Below are positions 18,720 to 29,330 of a stretch of DNA of 64,000 nt, piece after piece; position 1 is the stretch's first letter; every line of letters begins with the position of its first letter. Made by a program: the position numbers and the translations under genes. Origin of the DNA: Candidatus Eremiobacteria bacterium (lineage in GTDB: Bacteria; Vulcanimicrobiota; Vulcanimicrobiia; Vulcanimicrobiales; Vulcanimicrobiaceae); NCBI GenBank assembly GCA_963737065.1, contig CAVTRC010000002.1:1-64000 (forward strand). The letters are read 5' to 3'. Under the pieces are notes generated by a model, which searched no databases, was not told the DNA's origin, and saw only the letters and a list, made by a program, of their open reading frames with translations.

Positions 18720-19328
18720 ATGACGACGCAGCTCGCGCTTTTTGATCCCGGTCCGCGCATTCTCGTTGACGACGAAACCGGACGCATTGCGTATTATCCG
18801 GCCTTGCTCGATCCTACGGAGGCCGTGCGACTGTTTCGTTGGTTGCTCGAGAATGCACCATGGTCGTCGGAGACGATGTGGATGTACGACCGTATGGTCG
18901 ATGTGCCGCGACTCGTCGCACGGTACGTGGTGGAAAACTTGCCGCCGCTGCTCGACGCCGCGCGCAAAGGCGTCGAAGCGTTTCTCGGCGAGCGGTTCAC
19001 GACCGTCGGGCTGAACTATTATCGCGACGGCCGCGACAGCGTCGCCTGGCACAACGATCATCTCGCCGACATGCCGCCCCAGCCGACGATTGCACTCTTG
19101 AGTCTGGGTGCCACGCGCCGAATGCAGGTGCGAACAAAGCGGCCTCCGCGGGTCGTTCACGGAATCGATCTGGACGCCGGCAGTCTCTTCGTGATGAGTG
19201 GGCCGTCGCAAGAATATTGGGAGCACACGATCGCTAAGGCGCTGCGTCCGACCGACGCGCGTATCAGCGTCGCGTTTCGACCGCGCATCGTCGGGAATGT
19301 TCCGCAGCATGAAGAGCCGCAAGCCTAA
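18720..19328 (+). CDS. AlkB-family 2OG-Fe(II) dioxygenase
   Basis: LNYYRDGRDSVAWHND (HxD), SLGATR, WEH, RISVAFR. Confidence 0.92.
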   Translation: MTTQLALFDPGPRILVDDETGRIAYYPALLDPTEAVRLFRWLLENAPWSSETMWMYDRMVDVPRLVARYVVENLPPLLDAARKGVEAFLGERFTTVGLNYYRDGRDSVAWHNDHLADMPPQPTIALLSLGATRRMQVRTKRPPRVVHGIDLDAGSLFVMSGPSQEYWEHTIAKALRPTDARISVAFRPRIVGNVPQHEEPQA

Positions 19329-19464
19329 CGCTCCTGATGAGACGCCGCACGAAAAGCGCGACGTCCCAAGCGACCGTCCTTATGTGGAAGATGCGTCCAT
19401 TCCCGGCGATAACGATCCCCGCACGGCCCTCGATCCGCAACTCGAACGGCGAGCAGAGCGATGA
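19309..19464 (+). CDS. Small hydrophilic hypothetical protein (51 aa)
   Basis: Fills the gap in the operon; ATGA overlap with the next gene. Confidence 0.45.
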   Translation: MKSRKPNAPDETPHEKRDVPSDRPYVEDASIPGDNDPRTALDPQLERRAER

Positions 19465-19820
19465 AAAAAGCAGCTGCGGACACGATTCACGATCAAACGC
19501 CGATTCTGGATCTACGTAAACACCGTCACGGCGAACAGATTCGCGGCGCGTTACGATACGATGCCGCCGCGCTGCTCAAAGCCGAGCCGCTCGTGCTGCC
19601 GTTGCCGAAAGAACGCACGATTGCGATTTACGCCGACGACGAGCGCGTTGCCGAAGCCGTCGCGAGAAGATTGTCGGACTACGGTTACGAGGACGTCGAA
19701 CAAATCGATGGTGGCATCGATGCATGGAAGGCCGCCGGTCGTCCGACGGAGCCCGAAACGCAAGAACAGCCCGTTCCAACGGTCGATGGAGCGGGCATCA
19801 AACGCAGCGAAGACCGTTAG
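19461..19820 (+). CDS. Rhodanese-like domain protein lacking the catalytic Cys
   Basis: ILDLR, QIRGA, IDGGIDAWKAAG; IYAD where VYC is expected. Confidence 0.85.
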   Translation: MKKAAADTIHDQTPILDLRKHRHGEQIRGALRYDAAALLKAEPLVLPLPKERTIAIYADDERVAEAVARRLSDYGYEDVEQIDGGIDAWKAAGRPTEPETQEQPVPTVDGAGIKRSEDR

Positions 19821-19843
19821 CCGCCGACGCGCGGTCACGCAAC

Positions 19844-20596
19844 GTGCGGCTGGCGGGACGAACGATCGACGTCGCTACGACGCCGGCGCTTCGTCGCGGC
19901 GCGCCGACGCTCGTCTTCCTTCACGAGGGATTGGGATCCATTGCGCTTTGGCGTGAGTTCCCGCAACACATTGCCGAACGAACCGGCTGCGCTACCGTCG
20001 TCTATTCGCGGTACGGCAACGGTTTTTCCGAAGTACTGCGCGAGCCGAGAACCGTCCGCTACATGCACGACGAGGCGCTCATCGCGCTTCCGGAACTGCT
20101 GGCGGCGTTGCGCATCAAACGTCCGATCCTCGTCGGACATAGCGACGGTGCATCGATCGCCTTGATGTACGCAGCCGCGTTTGCAAACGACGTTTGCGCG
20201 TTGGTCGTCGAAGCGCCCCACGTCGTAGTGGAAGACGTGAGCGTCACCAGCATCGCGGCGATCGGCGAAACATACCGCACGACCGATTTGCGCGAGAAAA
20301 TGTCGCGGTATCACACCGATGTCGATGCGACGTTCTACGGCTGGAACGACATCTGGCGTCTGCCTGCGTTTCGTTCGTGGTCGATTCTCGAGATGTTGCC
20401 GTCTGTGCGAGCGCCGGTGCTCGCGATTCAAGGCGTCGACGACGAATACGGAACGCTTGCGCAACTCGATCTTCTCGCGCGCAGCACTCGCGCGAGTACC
20501 GACCGTCTCGTGCTCGCACGATGCGGGCATGCCCCGCACCGCGATCGCGCGGATGTCGTCGAAGGCACGGTTTCGGAATGGGTCGCCGCGCTCTGA
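19844..20596 (+). CDS. Alpha/beta hydrolase
   Basis: FLHEGLGS, GHSDGASIA, QGVDDEYG, CGHAPH; start uncertain. Confidence 0.9.
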   Translation: MRLAGRTIDVATTPALRRGAPTLVFLHEGLGSIALWREFPQHIAERTGCATVVYSRYGNGFSEVLREPRTVRYMHDEALIALPELLAALRIKRPILVGHSDGASIALMYAAAFANDVCALVVEAPHVVVEDVSVTSIAAIGETYRTTDLREKMSRYHTDVDATFYGWNDIWRLPAFRSWSILEMLPSVRAPVLAIQGVDDEYGTLAQLDLLARSTRASTDRLVLARCGHAPHRDRADVVEGTVSEWVAAL

Positions 20597-20604
20597 CCTA
20601 GCGG

Positions 20605-22062
20605 TTACGGTTGCGGCGCCGGCACGAAATGCACTTGTCCGGCTGCGTAGTCGATCACGACGTTGAAGTGTTCGAGGAACCCTGCACCGAGGTGCCCGAA
20701 CGCGGTGCCGTGCAGGAGCTGCGTTGCTCCGATACGCTGCTGGCTCATCGACAGACCGCCGACCCGCACCTCGGGAATCGTTCCGATCAATTCAATGCTC
20801 GTACCGCCTACGCCGGAAACCTGCCGCTGATCCGTCGCGGAAAACAGCTCGCGATGCGCCTGATAATAGTCGTATGCTAAATTGATGTTCGATTCGTCGC
20901 CCGTGTCAAGCGCGAGTTGCGTTCCAAGTTTTCCGAGCTGCACGGTGAGTACCGGAACGAAATTTTGAAAGATGACCGGCACCGACGTTCCGCCGGGCGG
21001 AATCGGCGCACCGAACGTTATCGTGTGATTCGCCGGATCGAGCCCGATCGTCGTCGAGGCGAGGACGTCGGCGCCGAGCACGACATCGTAGCCGAACTTC
21101 TGGATGTCCCGCAACACGACATAGTTTGCCGGTCCATAGGTGGCGTTCCCGACGCGCAAATCCGCCGCGCGCACGACCTGCGTGGAGTAATTGCCTAAGC
21201 CGCGTACGTCGAACGACCCGACGGTGGGCGCATGAAGTTCTTGCGCGAGCTCAGCGCTAATCGAGAGTCCCGAGTTTCCGGTGTCGAGCAGGCACGTCGT
21301 CTCTACGCCGCCGAGGCTGCACGGAAAAATCGGAATCGCCCGATCCGGATCGCTTTTGACGGCCATCGGCGGCCCGTGAAAAACCGGCACGGGGCCGTGC
21401 GGCGTCGCAAAGTCGTCGGTCGTGGTGTCGCGGGTATCGTAACGCTCGACCACGTCGCCGTTGCGCAAGACGAGAAATGGAAGATCGAGACTGCCGACCG
21501 CGCGGTAATCGCGATATTCGAGCGTCGCGTCGCCGTCGACGTCTTGGATGTAGCGCACGAGCGCAGTTCTCGGGTCCACGAAGACGCGCATCGGCGTCGC
21601 ATCGCCGTTGCTAACCAACAGCACGCGATAACGCACGTCATCGACCGTCTGCGAACCCGCGTCGCGGACGTACCCGCCGTTATCGACGAAGTCCGCAGAG
21701 AGAAAGTCGAGCGACGCGATCGTCCGTTCTCCGCGCAGATATGAATCGTTGGTGTCCGACTGCGGAAGCCGGGTGCCGTTGATATTGAGCGAGTAAACTT
21801 TTTCGCCGTCGAAATACGTGCCGGCGCATAAGTTTGACTCGCATTGATACGTCGCGAACCTCATGCCTAACGCTTCACTATGCACCGCCGTCGTTTCATG
21901 CTGCAGCGTGAGGTGCGAGGACGACGTAAGATGCGTGCGCCACACCGGGCCACTTCGCGCGCGCATGCGATCCAGGAACGTCGCAACGTCGTCCGGACGT
22001 GCAGCCGCCATCGTCGTCGTGACGACGGCGAAGAGCAGAGCGAGCCGCGCGGCGAACAGCAT
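20605..22062 (-). CDS. Secreted protein with two retropepsin-like aspartyl protease domains
   Basis: Signal peptide; LLDTGNS..VLGAD and ALDTGDES..GHLGAGFL motifs. Confidence 0.82.
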   Translation of the reverse strand: MLFAARLALLFAVVTTTMAAARPDDVATFLDRMRARSGPVWRTHLTSSSHLTLQHETTAVHSEALGMRFATYQCESNLCAGTYFDGEKVYSLNINGTRLPQSDTNDSYLRGERTIASLDFLSADFVDNGGYVRDAGSQTVDDVRYRVLLVSNGDATPMRVFVDPRTALVRYIQDVDGDATLEYRDYRAVGSLDLPFLVLRNGDVVERYDTRDTTTDDFATPHGPVPVFHGPPMAVKSDPDRAIPIFPCSLGGVETTCLLDTGNSGLSISAELAQELHAPTVGSFDVRGLGNYSTQVVRAADLRVGNATYGPANYVVLRDIQKFGYDVVLGADVLASTTIGLDPANHTITFGAPIPPGGTSVPVIFQNFVPVLTVQLGKLGTQLALDTGDESNINLAYDYYQAHRELFSATDQRQVSGVGGTSIELIGTIPEVRVGGLSMSQQRIGATQLLHGTAFGHLGAGFLEHFNVVIDYAAGQVHFVPAPQP

Positions 22063-22065
22063 GGC

Positions 22066-22362
22066 ATGGAATTCGAGTTGCTCGACCGCTATCTTCTTGA
22101 GGCGACGCCTGCGAAGGACGAGGTGGTGAAAGCACTCCTCGCCGAGCGTAGCAACGTGGCGGGCGCGCAGGCGTTTTACGAAGGGATGCGCATGCTGGGT
22201 GCGCGGACACCGGACTTGACCCTGATCGCGTTGCGGCTCGTCTTGGCCGGAAAGAGGGCCGATGACGACAACGTCGTTGCGTTGCGCGAGCTTGCCGAGC
22301 GGGCCCGTTCCGGCGAGGGCGCCGTGGCAGCGCGCGACGCGTACATGAGGGCGCTCGCTTAA
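22066..22362 (+). CDS. Hypothetical protein (98 aa)
   Basis: Helical ORF MEFELLDRYLLE..., first of a + strand run. Confidence 0.6.
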   Translation: MEFELLDRYLLEATPAKDEVVKALLAERSNVAGAQAFYEGMRMLGARTPDLTLIALRLVLAGKRADDDNVVALRELAERARSGEGAVAARDAYMRALA

Positions 22363-22430
22363 TGTGGCGGGTTCCGAGGACCCGTACACAGTCCTCCGGA
22401 ACGGAACGCGTACCGGGCGCGTTACCCCTG

Positions 22431-22796
22431 ATGACGATGACCACGAAGCAGTTACTTGCCGTAATCCTCTGCAGCGTTTCTTGGCTGCCGCTTCGTGTTG
22501 CCGCTCACGCGCAAGAATCTCCGCCGAACAATCTTTACCGGTCGCTCGAATCGGGCAGTCCGTCCCGCCCGGCGGCGCGCGTCCACGGGGTTATCGCATC
22601 GATTGACTACGCGTCGGGAACCCTCGTCGTGCGCCACGACGGTCACAACACGCTCGTTGCCGTCGTGCCGAGTACGTCGATCTACGGAGGACCGGGATAC
22701 GCAGGGCTCTCCGACCTGCGTCGCGGTCAAACCGTTGACATTTCGGTCTACGAAGTCGACGGCCGTCTCGTTGCGCAATCGATTCGTCTGAAGTAG
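22431..22796 (+). CDS. Secreted OB-fold-like (DUF5666-like) hypothetical protein
   Basis: Signal peptide; GVIASID and LSDLRRGQTVDI..LVAQSI pattern. Confidence 0.6.
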   Translation: MTMTTKQLLAVILCSVSWLPLRVAAHAQESPPNNLYRSLESGSPSRPAARVHGVIASIDYASGTLVVRHDGHNTLVAVVPSTSIYGGPGYAGLSDLRRGQTVDISVYEVDGRLVAQSIRLK

Positions 22797-22798
22797 CG

Positions 22799-23786
22799 GT
22801 GAACGGCGAGCGCGGGCTGGACGTTCGCGGCCTCGTCGTGCAGTTCGCGCGTGCCGGTACGCCCGCAATAGCGGACGTCAGCTTTGACGTTCCGCCCGGG
22901 CGAACGCTGTCGGTCGTGGGTCCATCGGGCGCCGGGAAGAGCACGATGTTGCGCGCAGTTTGCGGACTCGTTCGCATTGCACGCGGTGAGATCGCAATCA
23001 ACGGACGTTCCGTGGTTGCCGAGCCGCCGCAAGCGCGGCGCGCAGCGATGGTGTTTGCATCCGATGCACTTGCGCGAACGATGACCGTGCGCGAGAACCT
23101 TGGCTTTGTACTGCGCTCGCGCGATGGCATGGATCGCGTCGCGGACGTGGCACGCGCGCTCGACGTTCAGTCGCATCTTGAGAAATATCCCCAACAACTC
23201 TCGACCGGGGAACGACAGCGCGTCTCGATCGCACGCGCGGTGCTTTCCGATCCCGCAGTCCTCTTGCTCGACGAACCGCTCGCGCCGCTCGACCCCGATC
23301 TCCGCGTGCGGGTACGCGATGAGATCGTACACGTTCGCGAGCGTTTTGCCGGTCCGATCGTATTCGTCACGCACGATCATTCCGACGCGATGGCGGTTGC
23401 GGACGATCTCGTCGTCCTGATCGACGGGCGCATCGAAGACTCCGGCGATCCGCAGCGCGTCTACGATCGCCCCGCGACCGCGCGCGCAGCAGCGTTTCTC
23501 GGCGCGCGTCCGATGAATCTCGTGCCGGGCGCCGTCTTCGGCTGGGACGGCGGTGTGGCCGGATTTCGTCCGGAACGCGCGTCGCTCGCGAGCAGCGGCG
23601 CTCCGTTACGCGGACGTGTTGAACGCGTGGAACGAACCGGCGCGGATGTGTACGTGCACGTGCGCACGCCGTACGGCGTTGCGATCGTTCGCGCGCCGGC
23701 ACCCGATGCGCCCGGCATCGGAAGTCGAAACCGGCATCAGTGTCGCGGCCGGCGATCTCTGCCGCTACGATACGATGACGCCGTGA
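22799..23786 (+). CDS. MalK-like ABC transporter ATP-binding protein (+1 frameshift near 23725)
   Basis: Walker A GPSGAGKS, LSTGERQR, LLLDEP, VTHD; TOBE-like tail continues in the next frame to TGA 23786. Confidence 0.85.
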
Positions 23787-25296
23787 CGGATCTGCTTGCG
23801 GCTCGCGGCGGGCGTCATCGTCACGGGCTTCGACGGAACGGCGCTTGGCGAACGGGACATCATCCGCGCTTCGCCGCACGCCCTTCGCCGGTTTCATTCT
23901 TTTTGCGCGCAACGTCGAATCGCTCGCACAAGTTCGCGCGCTTACGGACGTCCTTCGCGGGTTCGGTGATCCGGCGCCGCTTCTCTCGATCGATCAGGAG
24001 GGCGGCCGTGTTGCGCGCCTCCGCGAAGGAGTCGAGGAGTTACCGGCGATGATGGCACTCGGCGCGACCCGCGATCCGTCGCTCGCGCATCGAGCCGGGG
24101 AGCAACTCGCGTTCGATCTACGCCGTGCCGGGCTCACGCACGATTTCGCGCCGGTCGTCGACCTCGCGCTCGATCCGATGAATACCGTGATCGGCGCTCG
24201 CGCATTCGGACAGTCGGCAGCGCTCGTCATTGAAATGGCCGGCGCGTTCGTGCGCGGTCTGCAACGTGGAGGCATCGCGGGAACGCTCAAGCATTTTCCC
24301 GGGCACGGCGACACATCGGTCGACTCGCATCTCGATCTCCCGGTCGTTCGCACCGGCGCCGCAACCTTGCGAGAACGCGATCTCGCTCCGTTCTTCGCGC
24401 TCGCGCCGGAAGCCGCATCGGTCATGGCCGCGCATGTCGTAGCGGCGGCTTTCGATCAGGCCGTCCCCGCAACGCTTTCCCAGCGGCTATTGAACGATCT
24501 GTTGCGCGACGAATGGCAATACGACGGCGTCTGCTTTACCGATTGCATGCAGATGAACGCCGTCGCGAACGGGATCGGAACGGCTTACGGCGTCGCGGCG
24601 GCAATCGCTGCCGGTGCCGATTGCGCGATCGTCAGCCACGACCTCGAACTGGCGGAAGCAGCAGCGCAGCATCTTGCCTCCCAGGTCGAAGCCGGGCGCA
24701 TTCCATACGCGCGCCTGGAGGAAGCATTCGAGCGCGTCATGCGCCTGCGACGCGCAGCCGCTATGCCGATTGCGCTCGATGCGCCGGCGCCGCATCGGGG
24801 CATCGGCCGGGAAATCGCGCGTCGCGCCGTGACGCGGATTCGCGGCGTCGCGCACGCCGATCCGACCGCATCGATTGCGATCTCGTTCGCCGGCGTGACG
24901 ACGGAAGGCGCTCAAGGAACGTTCGATCCCGGCGCGTCGCTTGCATCACAAGCGCCGGCGTTACAGCAGCGACTCGCGCCGCTCGATCCATCCGACGCCG
25001 ACGTGCGCGCGTTGCTTGATGCGATCGCGCAGTCGCACCGCCGCCCGCTCGTGCTGATGCGTCGCGCGCACCTCATCCCGGCGCAGGCGCGTGCCGTCGC
25101 AGCCACTTTGGAGCGCTTTCCTGACGCGCTGCTCGTTTCCGTGCGCGAACCGTACGATTGCGAGCTCTTTCCGCAGGCGCAGCATCTGCTTGCAGCGTAC
25201 GGCGACAACGCGGTGAGCCTCGGCGGTCTTGCCGATACTATTTTCGGCGACGGATCCGCCACAGGAGTGCTTCCCGTTGATCTTGCTTGCGTCTAA
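23783..25296 (+). CDS. nagZ: Beta-N-acetylhexosaminidase (GH3); two +1 frameshifts in the first 70 nt
   Basis: GFILFARN, IDQEGGRV, KHFPGHGDTSVDSH, FTDCMQM. Confidence 0.92.
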
Positions 25297-26314
25297 ATTC
25301 TCGGCGATCGACGACGTGTTGCGCGCGGCAACGGGAACGTCGTTCACGGGTGCGGTTGCGCGCATCGAGCATCGTGGAAAGCTCGTCTTCGAAGAAGCGT
25401 ACGGGGTGACGAGAAACGACGAGCAGGAGCGTTCCGTTTACGTCGATACGCGGTTCGATCTTGCGTCGATCACAAAACTCTATGTGTCGACTCTCGCGCT
25501 CATGCTCGTCGCGGACCGACGGCTAAGCTTCGACGCGCCGCTGCTCGAGTGGATGCATGAGTGGCGCGGGACGGATCACGAGCCGATCACGCTTCGGATG
25601 CTGCTCGCGCATACGTCAGGTATGAATTCCGGCGCGGATTACCGCACGCTGCTCGACGCCGACGTTGCGCGCGCTGCGTTGACGCGGACGCTCGTTGCAT
25701 CGCCCGGCGAGCGCGTCATCTATAGCGATCTCGGCATGATTGCGCTCGGCACGCTTTTGGAACGCGTCTCGGGAATGTCGTTGCGCGCGCTCGTCACGCA
25801 ACGATTCCGCGAATCATCTGCGCAATTCGTCCCGTCATCCCACGAGCGCCTCGCGATTCCCGCGACGGAAATGGATGCGTGGCGCGGTCGCGTGCAAGGT
25901 AGCGTGCACGATGAAAAAGCACATTTAATGAACGGTGTCGCGGGACATGCCGGAATGTTCGGAACGGCAGCCGACGTTGCGGCGCTTGCGGAACCGTATC
26001 TCGCCGCGCTCAACGGGCGCGAACAGTCGCTGCTTCCGGCGGTGCTCGCGCACGAAGCGGTACGAGAAGCGGCGTACGATCCGGTCCTCCGGCGCGGGCT
26101 CGGCTGGGCGCTGAAGACGAACGATGAGAATTCGTGCGGGCGCCTCATGTCGCACGACACGTTCGGACACACCGGATTCACGGGCACCTCCGTATGGGCC
26201 GATCCACGACGCGACGTCAGCGGCGTGCTGCTGACAAACAGCGTGTACTTCGGCCGGTCCGATTCGCGCCCGCTGCGCGCGGCGTTTTACGAAGCAATGA
26301 TGGAAGCCGTATAG
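25277..26314 (+). CDS. Serine hydrolase (beta-lactamase fold), AmiE-like
   Basis: FDLASITK (SxxK), LLAHTSG, YSDLG, GSVHDE, GHAGMF, GHTGFTG; operon context. Confidence 0.85.
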   Translation: MILLASKFSAIDDVLRAATGTSFTGAVARIEHRGKLVFEEAYGVTRNDEQERSVYVDTRFDLASITKLYVSTLALMLVADRRLSFDAPLLEWMHEWRGTDHEPITLRMLLAHTSGMNSGADYRTLLDADVARAALTRTLVASPGERVIYSDLGMIALGTLLERVSGMSLRALVTQRFRESSAQFVPSSHERLAIPATEMDAWRGRVQGSVHDEKAHLMNGVAGHAGMFGTAADVAALAEPYLAALNGREQSLLPAVLAHEAVREAAYDPVLRRGLGWALKTNDENSCGRLMSHDTFGHTGFTGTSVWADPRRDVSGVLLTNSVYFGRSDSRPLRAAFYEAMMEAV

Positions 26315-26326
26315 GAATCGCGGTCG

Positions 26327-27478
26327 ATGCTCGCGATCGGATTGATGAGCGGAACGTCTTTGGACGGCATCGATGCGGCGCTGGTTCGTATCGTGCCGAG
26401 GGGCGATTCGTACGCAATCGAGCTGCTTCAGTTCGTTACGGTTCCGTTCGACGAAGAAGTCATCGCGGCGCTGCGGCAAGCGTTGCCGCCGAGCACCGTA
26501 ACCGCGGCGCATTTCACGCAGCTGCATCGCGCGCTCGGCGCCGCGCTTGCGCGTGCAGCACGCGTCGTTTCCGGTGCGTTGAAGATCGGGTACGTCGCAT
26601 CGCACGGACAGACGGTGTATCACGACGGTACGCGTCACATCACCCTGCAACTCGGCGATCCGTTCGTGCTGCGCGAATCGCTCAACGCGACGGTGATCTA
26701 CGACTTTCGCAGTGCCGACTGTGCCGCCGGAGGTCATGGTGCGCCGCTCGTTCCGTACGTTGACGCACTTCTGCTTGCCGACGCCGCCGAGGACCGCGTC
26801 GCGCTCAACATCGGCGGAATCGCGAATCTCACGGCTTTGCCGCGAGCAGCCGACGTTCACGACCTCGTCGCGTTCGATTGCGGACCGGGCGTGATGCTCA
26901 TCGACGCGTTCGTCCGTCAGCGCACGCGTGGCGAGATGTGGATGGATGAAGACGGCGCGTTGGCGGCATCCGGGACGCCGGATACCGCATTGCTGAACGC
27001 GATGTTGGCCGACCCGTATTTTGAGATGCCGCCCCCGAAATCGACCGGCCGCGAGCGGTTCGGCGAACACTTCCTCATGCAGCACGGCAAGGCGCTCGGG
27101 CGCCTTTCCCTCGAAGACGGTGCGGCGACGCTCACCGCACTGACCGCACGTGCGATCGCGCGCGCGGTACGCGACGTGCGCATGAGCGAATCTCACATTT
27201 TTTGCAGCGGCGGCGGCGCGCGCAATGCGTCGCTCGTGCGCGAACTGCAGTCGCTGCTGCCCGGCGCACTCCTCGACCCGACCGACGTTGCCGGAATTCC
27301 GGTTGATGCGAAGGAAGCCATTGCCTTCGCGGTGCTCGGCTACGAGACGCTGCGCGAGCGTCCGGCAAACGTGCCTCGCGTAACGGGCGCAACGCGAGCC
27401 GTTCCGCTCGGAGCCATTGCACCGCATGGTCTGCGCGAAGTGCTTGCGGAGGTTGAAGCCGAGTGTCTCTCGTCGTAG
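26327..27478 (+). CDS. anmK: Anhydro-N-acetylmuramic acid kinase
   Basis: GLMSGTSLDGID, SHGQT, GGHGAPLVP, LNIGGIAN, PKSTGRE, KEAIAFA. Confidence 0.95.
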   Translation: MLAIGLMSGTSLDGIDAALVRIVPRGDSYAIELLQFVTVPFDEEVIAALRQALPPSTVTAAHFTQLHRALGAALARAARVVSGALKIGYVASHGQTVYHDGTRHITLQLGDPFVLRESLNATVIYDFRSADCAAGGHGAPLVPYVDALLLADAAEDRVALNIGGIANLTALPRAADVHDLVAFDCGPGVMLIDAFVRQRTRGEMWMDEDGALAASGTPDTALLNAMLADPYFEMPPPKSTGRERFGEHFLMQHGKALGRLSLEDGAATLTALTARAIARAVRDVRMSESHIFCSGGGARNASLVRELQSLLPGALLDPTDVAGIPVDAKEAIAFAVLGYETLRERPANVPRVTGATRAVPLGAIAPHGLREVLAEVEAECLSS

Positions 27479-28359
27479 GCGTTGATGCCGGAGGGTCGTC
27501 AACGAGCGTCATCGTCGAACGCGACGGCATCGCGAGCGGTGCGTTCGAAGGCGATGCTGCGAACGTGCGTCGAGCCGGCGTAGACGATGCAGCCGCAACG
27601 ATCGCTCGCGCCGTCGCGAGCGCGACGCAAGGCGAAGCCGTCGATGCGATGGTCGTCGGCGCGGCCGGAGCGGGATACGAAGAAGTCGCATCGGCGTTGG
27701 AGAGAGCGCTGCGCACGCGTGTTTCGGGCGCTCGCGTCTTCGTCTGTGACGATGCAAATATTGCGCTGCGCGCAGCGGTGGAAAAAGGCGACGGTATTGT
27801 CGTCATCTCGGGAACGGGATCGATTGCTTATGCCGTCGCCGGTGAGAAGACGTTCCGCGCCGGCGGCCATGGGTTTCTACTCGGCGACGAAGGATCCGGC
27901 GCTGCCATCGGAGCCGCGGCGGTGCGATTGTTATTGCGCGTGTATGACGGACGCGCGCGCCGCGACGGGTTCATCGAGGCAATCGAAAGCGTTTTCGATA
28001 GCGATACTCCGGAAGACCTCATGCAGGCGGTGTACAGCGATCCCGATCCGGTACGCAAACTCGCTTCCCTCGCGCCGGTCGTCGTTGCTTGCGCGTCGGA
28101 CGGCGAGCGCGATGCGAGCAAAATCGTGCAAGCGGCGGCGCTGGAACTGGCGGACTTGCTCAAGACGGTCGTGCGTTCGTCGGGCCTCGCGCAGCGCGAT
28201 GTTCCGGTCGTGCTTTCAGGCGGATTGCTCGCGCACAATTCCTTGCTCACGTATCTGCTGGAAACGCGCATCGTCAACGAATACCCCTCGTTCCTTTTGG
28301 TGAAGAATCCGCCCGCTCCCGAATACGGGGCGCTCGCGCTCGCACGAACGATGCTCTAG
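27463..28359 (+). CDS. BadF/BadG/BcrA/BcrD-family sugar kinase (GlcNAc/MurNAc kinase-like)
   Basis: GVDAGGSST, ISGTGS, GGHGFLLGDEGSG. Confidence 0.88.
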   Translation: MSLVVGVDAGGSSTSVIVERDGIASGAFEGDAANVRRAGVDDAAATIARAVASATQGEAVDAMVVGAAGAGYEEVASALERALRTRVSGARVFVCDDANIALRAAVEKGDGIVVISGTGSIAYAVAGEKTFRAGGHGFLLGDEGSGAAIGAAAVRLLLRVYDGRARRDGFIEAIESVFDSDTPEDLMQAVYSDPDPVRKLASLAPVVVACASDGERDASKIVQAAALELADLLKTVVRSSGLAQRDVPVVLSGGLLAHNSLLTYLLETRIVNEYPSFLLVKNPPAPEYGALALARTML

Positions 28360-28442
28360 GAGACTGCCACAACATGGCGCATTTTCGCCTTCATGCCGCC
28401 TTTCTTCGGATACTTCGTTGCCGTGCTGCGATGATCGCCTGA

Positions 28443-29330
28443 ATGGCCGATTTCGAAATCCCGCAAACGGAACGGCGCAATGATGCGTTGCGCGGGCTGG
28501 ACACGTTGTCGAGCATCGATCTCGTTCGCGCGATTTCGGGCGATCAGCGCGCCGCGATCGATGCGGTGAATGGCGCAAGCGACGCGATCGCTCGCGTCGT
28601 CGATGCGGTTGCGGAGCGGCTTTCCCGCGGCGGGCGGTTGCATTACGTCGGTGCCGGCACGAGCGGACGCCTTGGCGTGCTCGACGCGTCGGAAATGCCG
28701 CCGACGTTCGGAACGCCGCCCGAACTCGTGTGCGCGCACATCGCCGGCGGCGATCGCGCGTTACGCACGTCGATCGAAGGCGCTGAGGACGATGGTGTCG
28801 GAGGCGAACGCGCGATGGCGGGCCATGCGTATGCCGACGACGCAGTCATCGGCATTTCGGCAAGCGGCGGCGCTGCCTACGTCACGCGCGCGATCGCTCG
28901 TGCGCGTGCAGTGGGAGCGTTCACCGCCGCGATTGCAAACAGCGATCCTTCGCCGTTGGGTGATGCTGCGCAGGTGACGATTTTTCTAGATACCGGACCT
29001 GAAGTTTTAACGGGCTCCACGCGGTTGAAAGCGGGGACGTCGCAGAAGCTTGCGTTGAACGCGATCTCCACCGCGGTCATGGTGCGGCTCGGCAAAGTCT
29101 ACGAAAATTTGATGGTGGACGTCGTCGCGACGAACGCGAAGCTCAATCGCCGCGCGGCGGGGTTGGTCCAAACGCTCGCGGGTGTTTCGAAGGACGAAGC
29201 CGAGCGGCTCCTCTCGGCTGCGGGCGGACGAGTGAAGATTGCGGTCGTCATGTCGCGCCGCGGCGTCGATGCGGAAAGCGCAGCATCGTTGCTGGAAGAC
29301 GAGCGGGGATTTCTGCGCAAGGTTTTATGA
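28443..29330 (+). CDS. murQ: N-acetylmuramic acid 6-phosphate etherase
   Basis: GAGTSGRLGVLDASEMPPTFG, GPEVLTGSTRLKAGTSQK, GKVYENLMVD. Confidence 0.96.
   Translation: MADFEIPQTERRNDALRGLDTLSSIDLVRAISGDQRAAIDAVNGASDAIARVVDAVAERLSRGGRLHYVGAGTSGRLGVLDASEMPPTFGTPPELVCAHIAGGDRALRTSIEGAEDDGVGGERAMAGHAYADDAVIGISASGGAAYVTRAIARARAVGAFTAAIANSDPSPLGDAAQVTIFLDTGPEVLTGSTRLKAGTSQKLALNAISTAVMVRLGKVYENLMVDVVATNAKLNRRAAGLVQTLAGVSKDEAERLLSAAGGRVKIAVVMSRRGVDAESAASLLEDERGFLRKVL

Noticed and set aside
25925..27502. 525-aa minus-strand ORF and similar long shadow ORFs
   Set aside because: Antisense to anmK and other clear genes; Arg-rich and without recognisable motifs.
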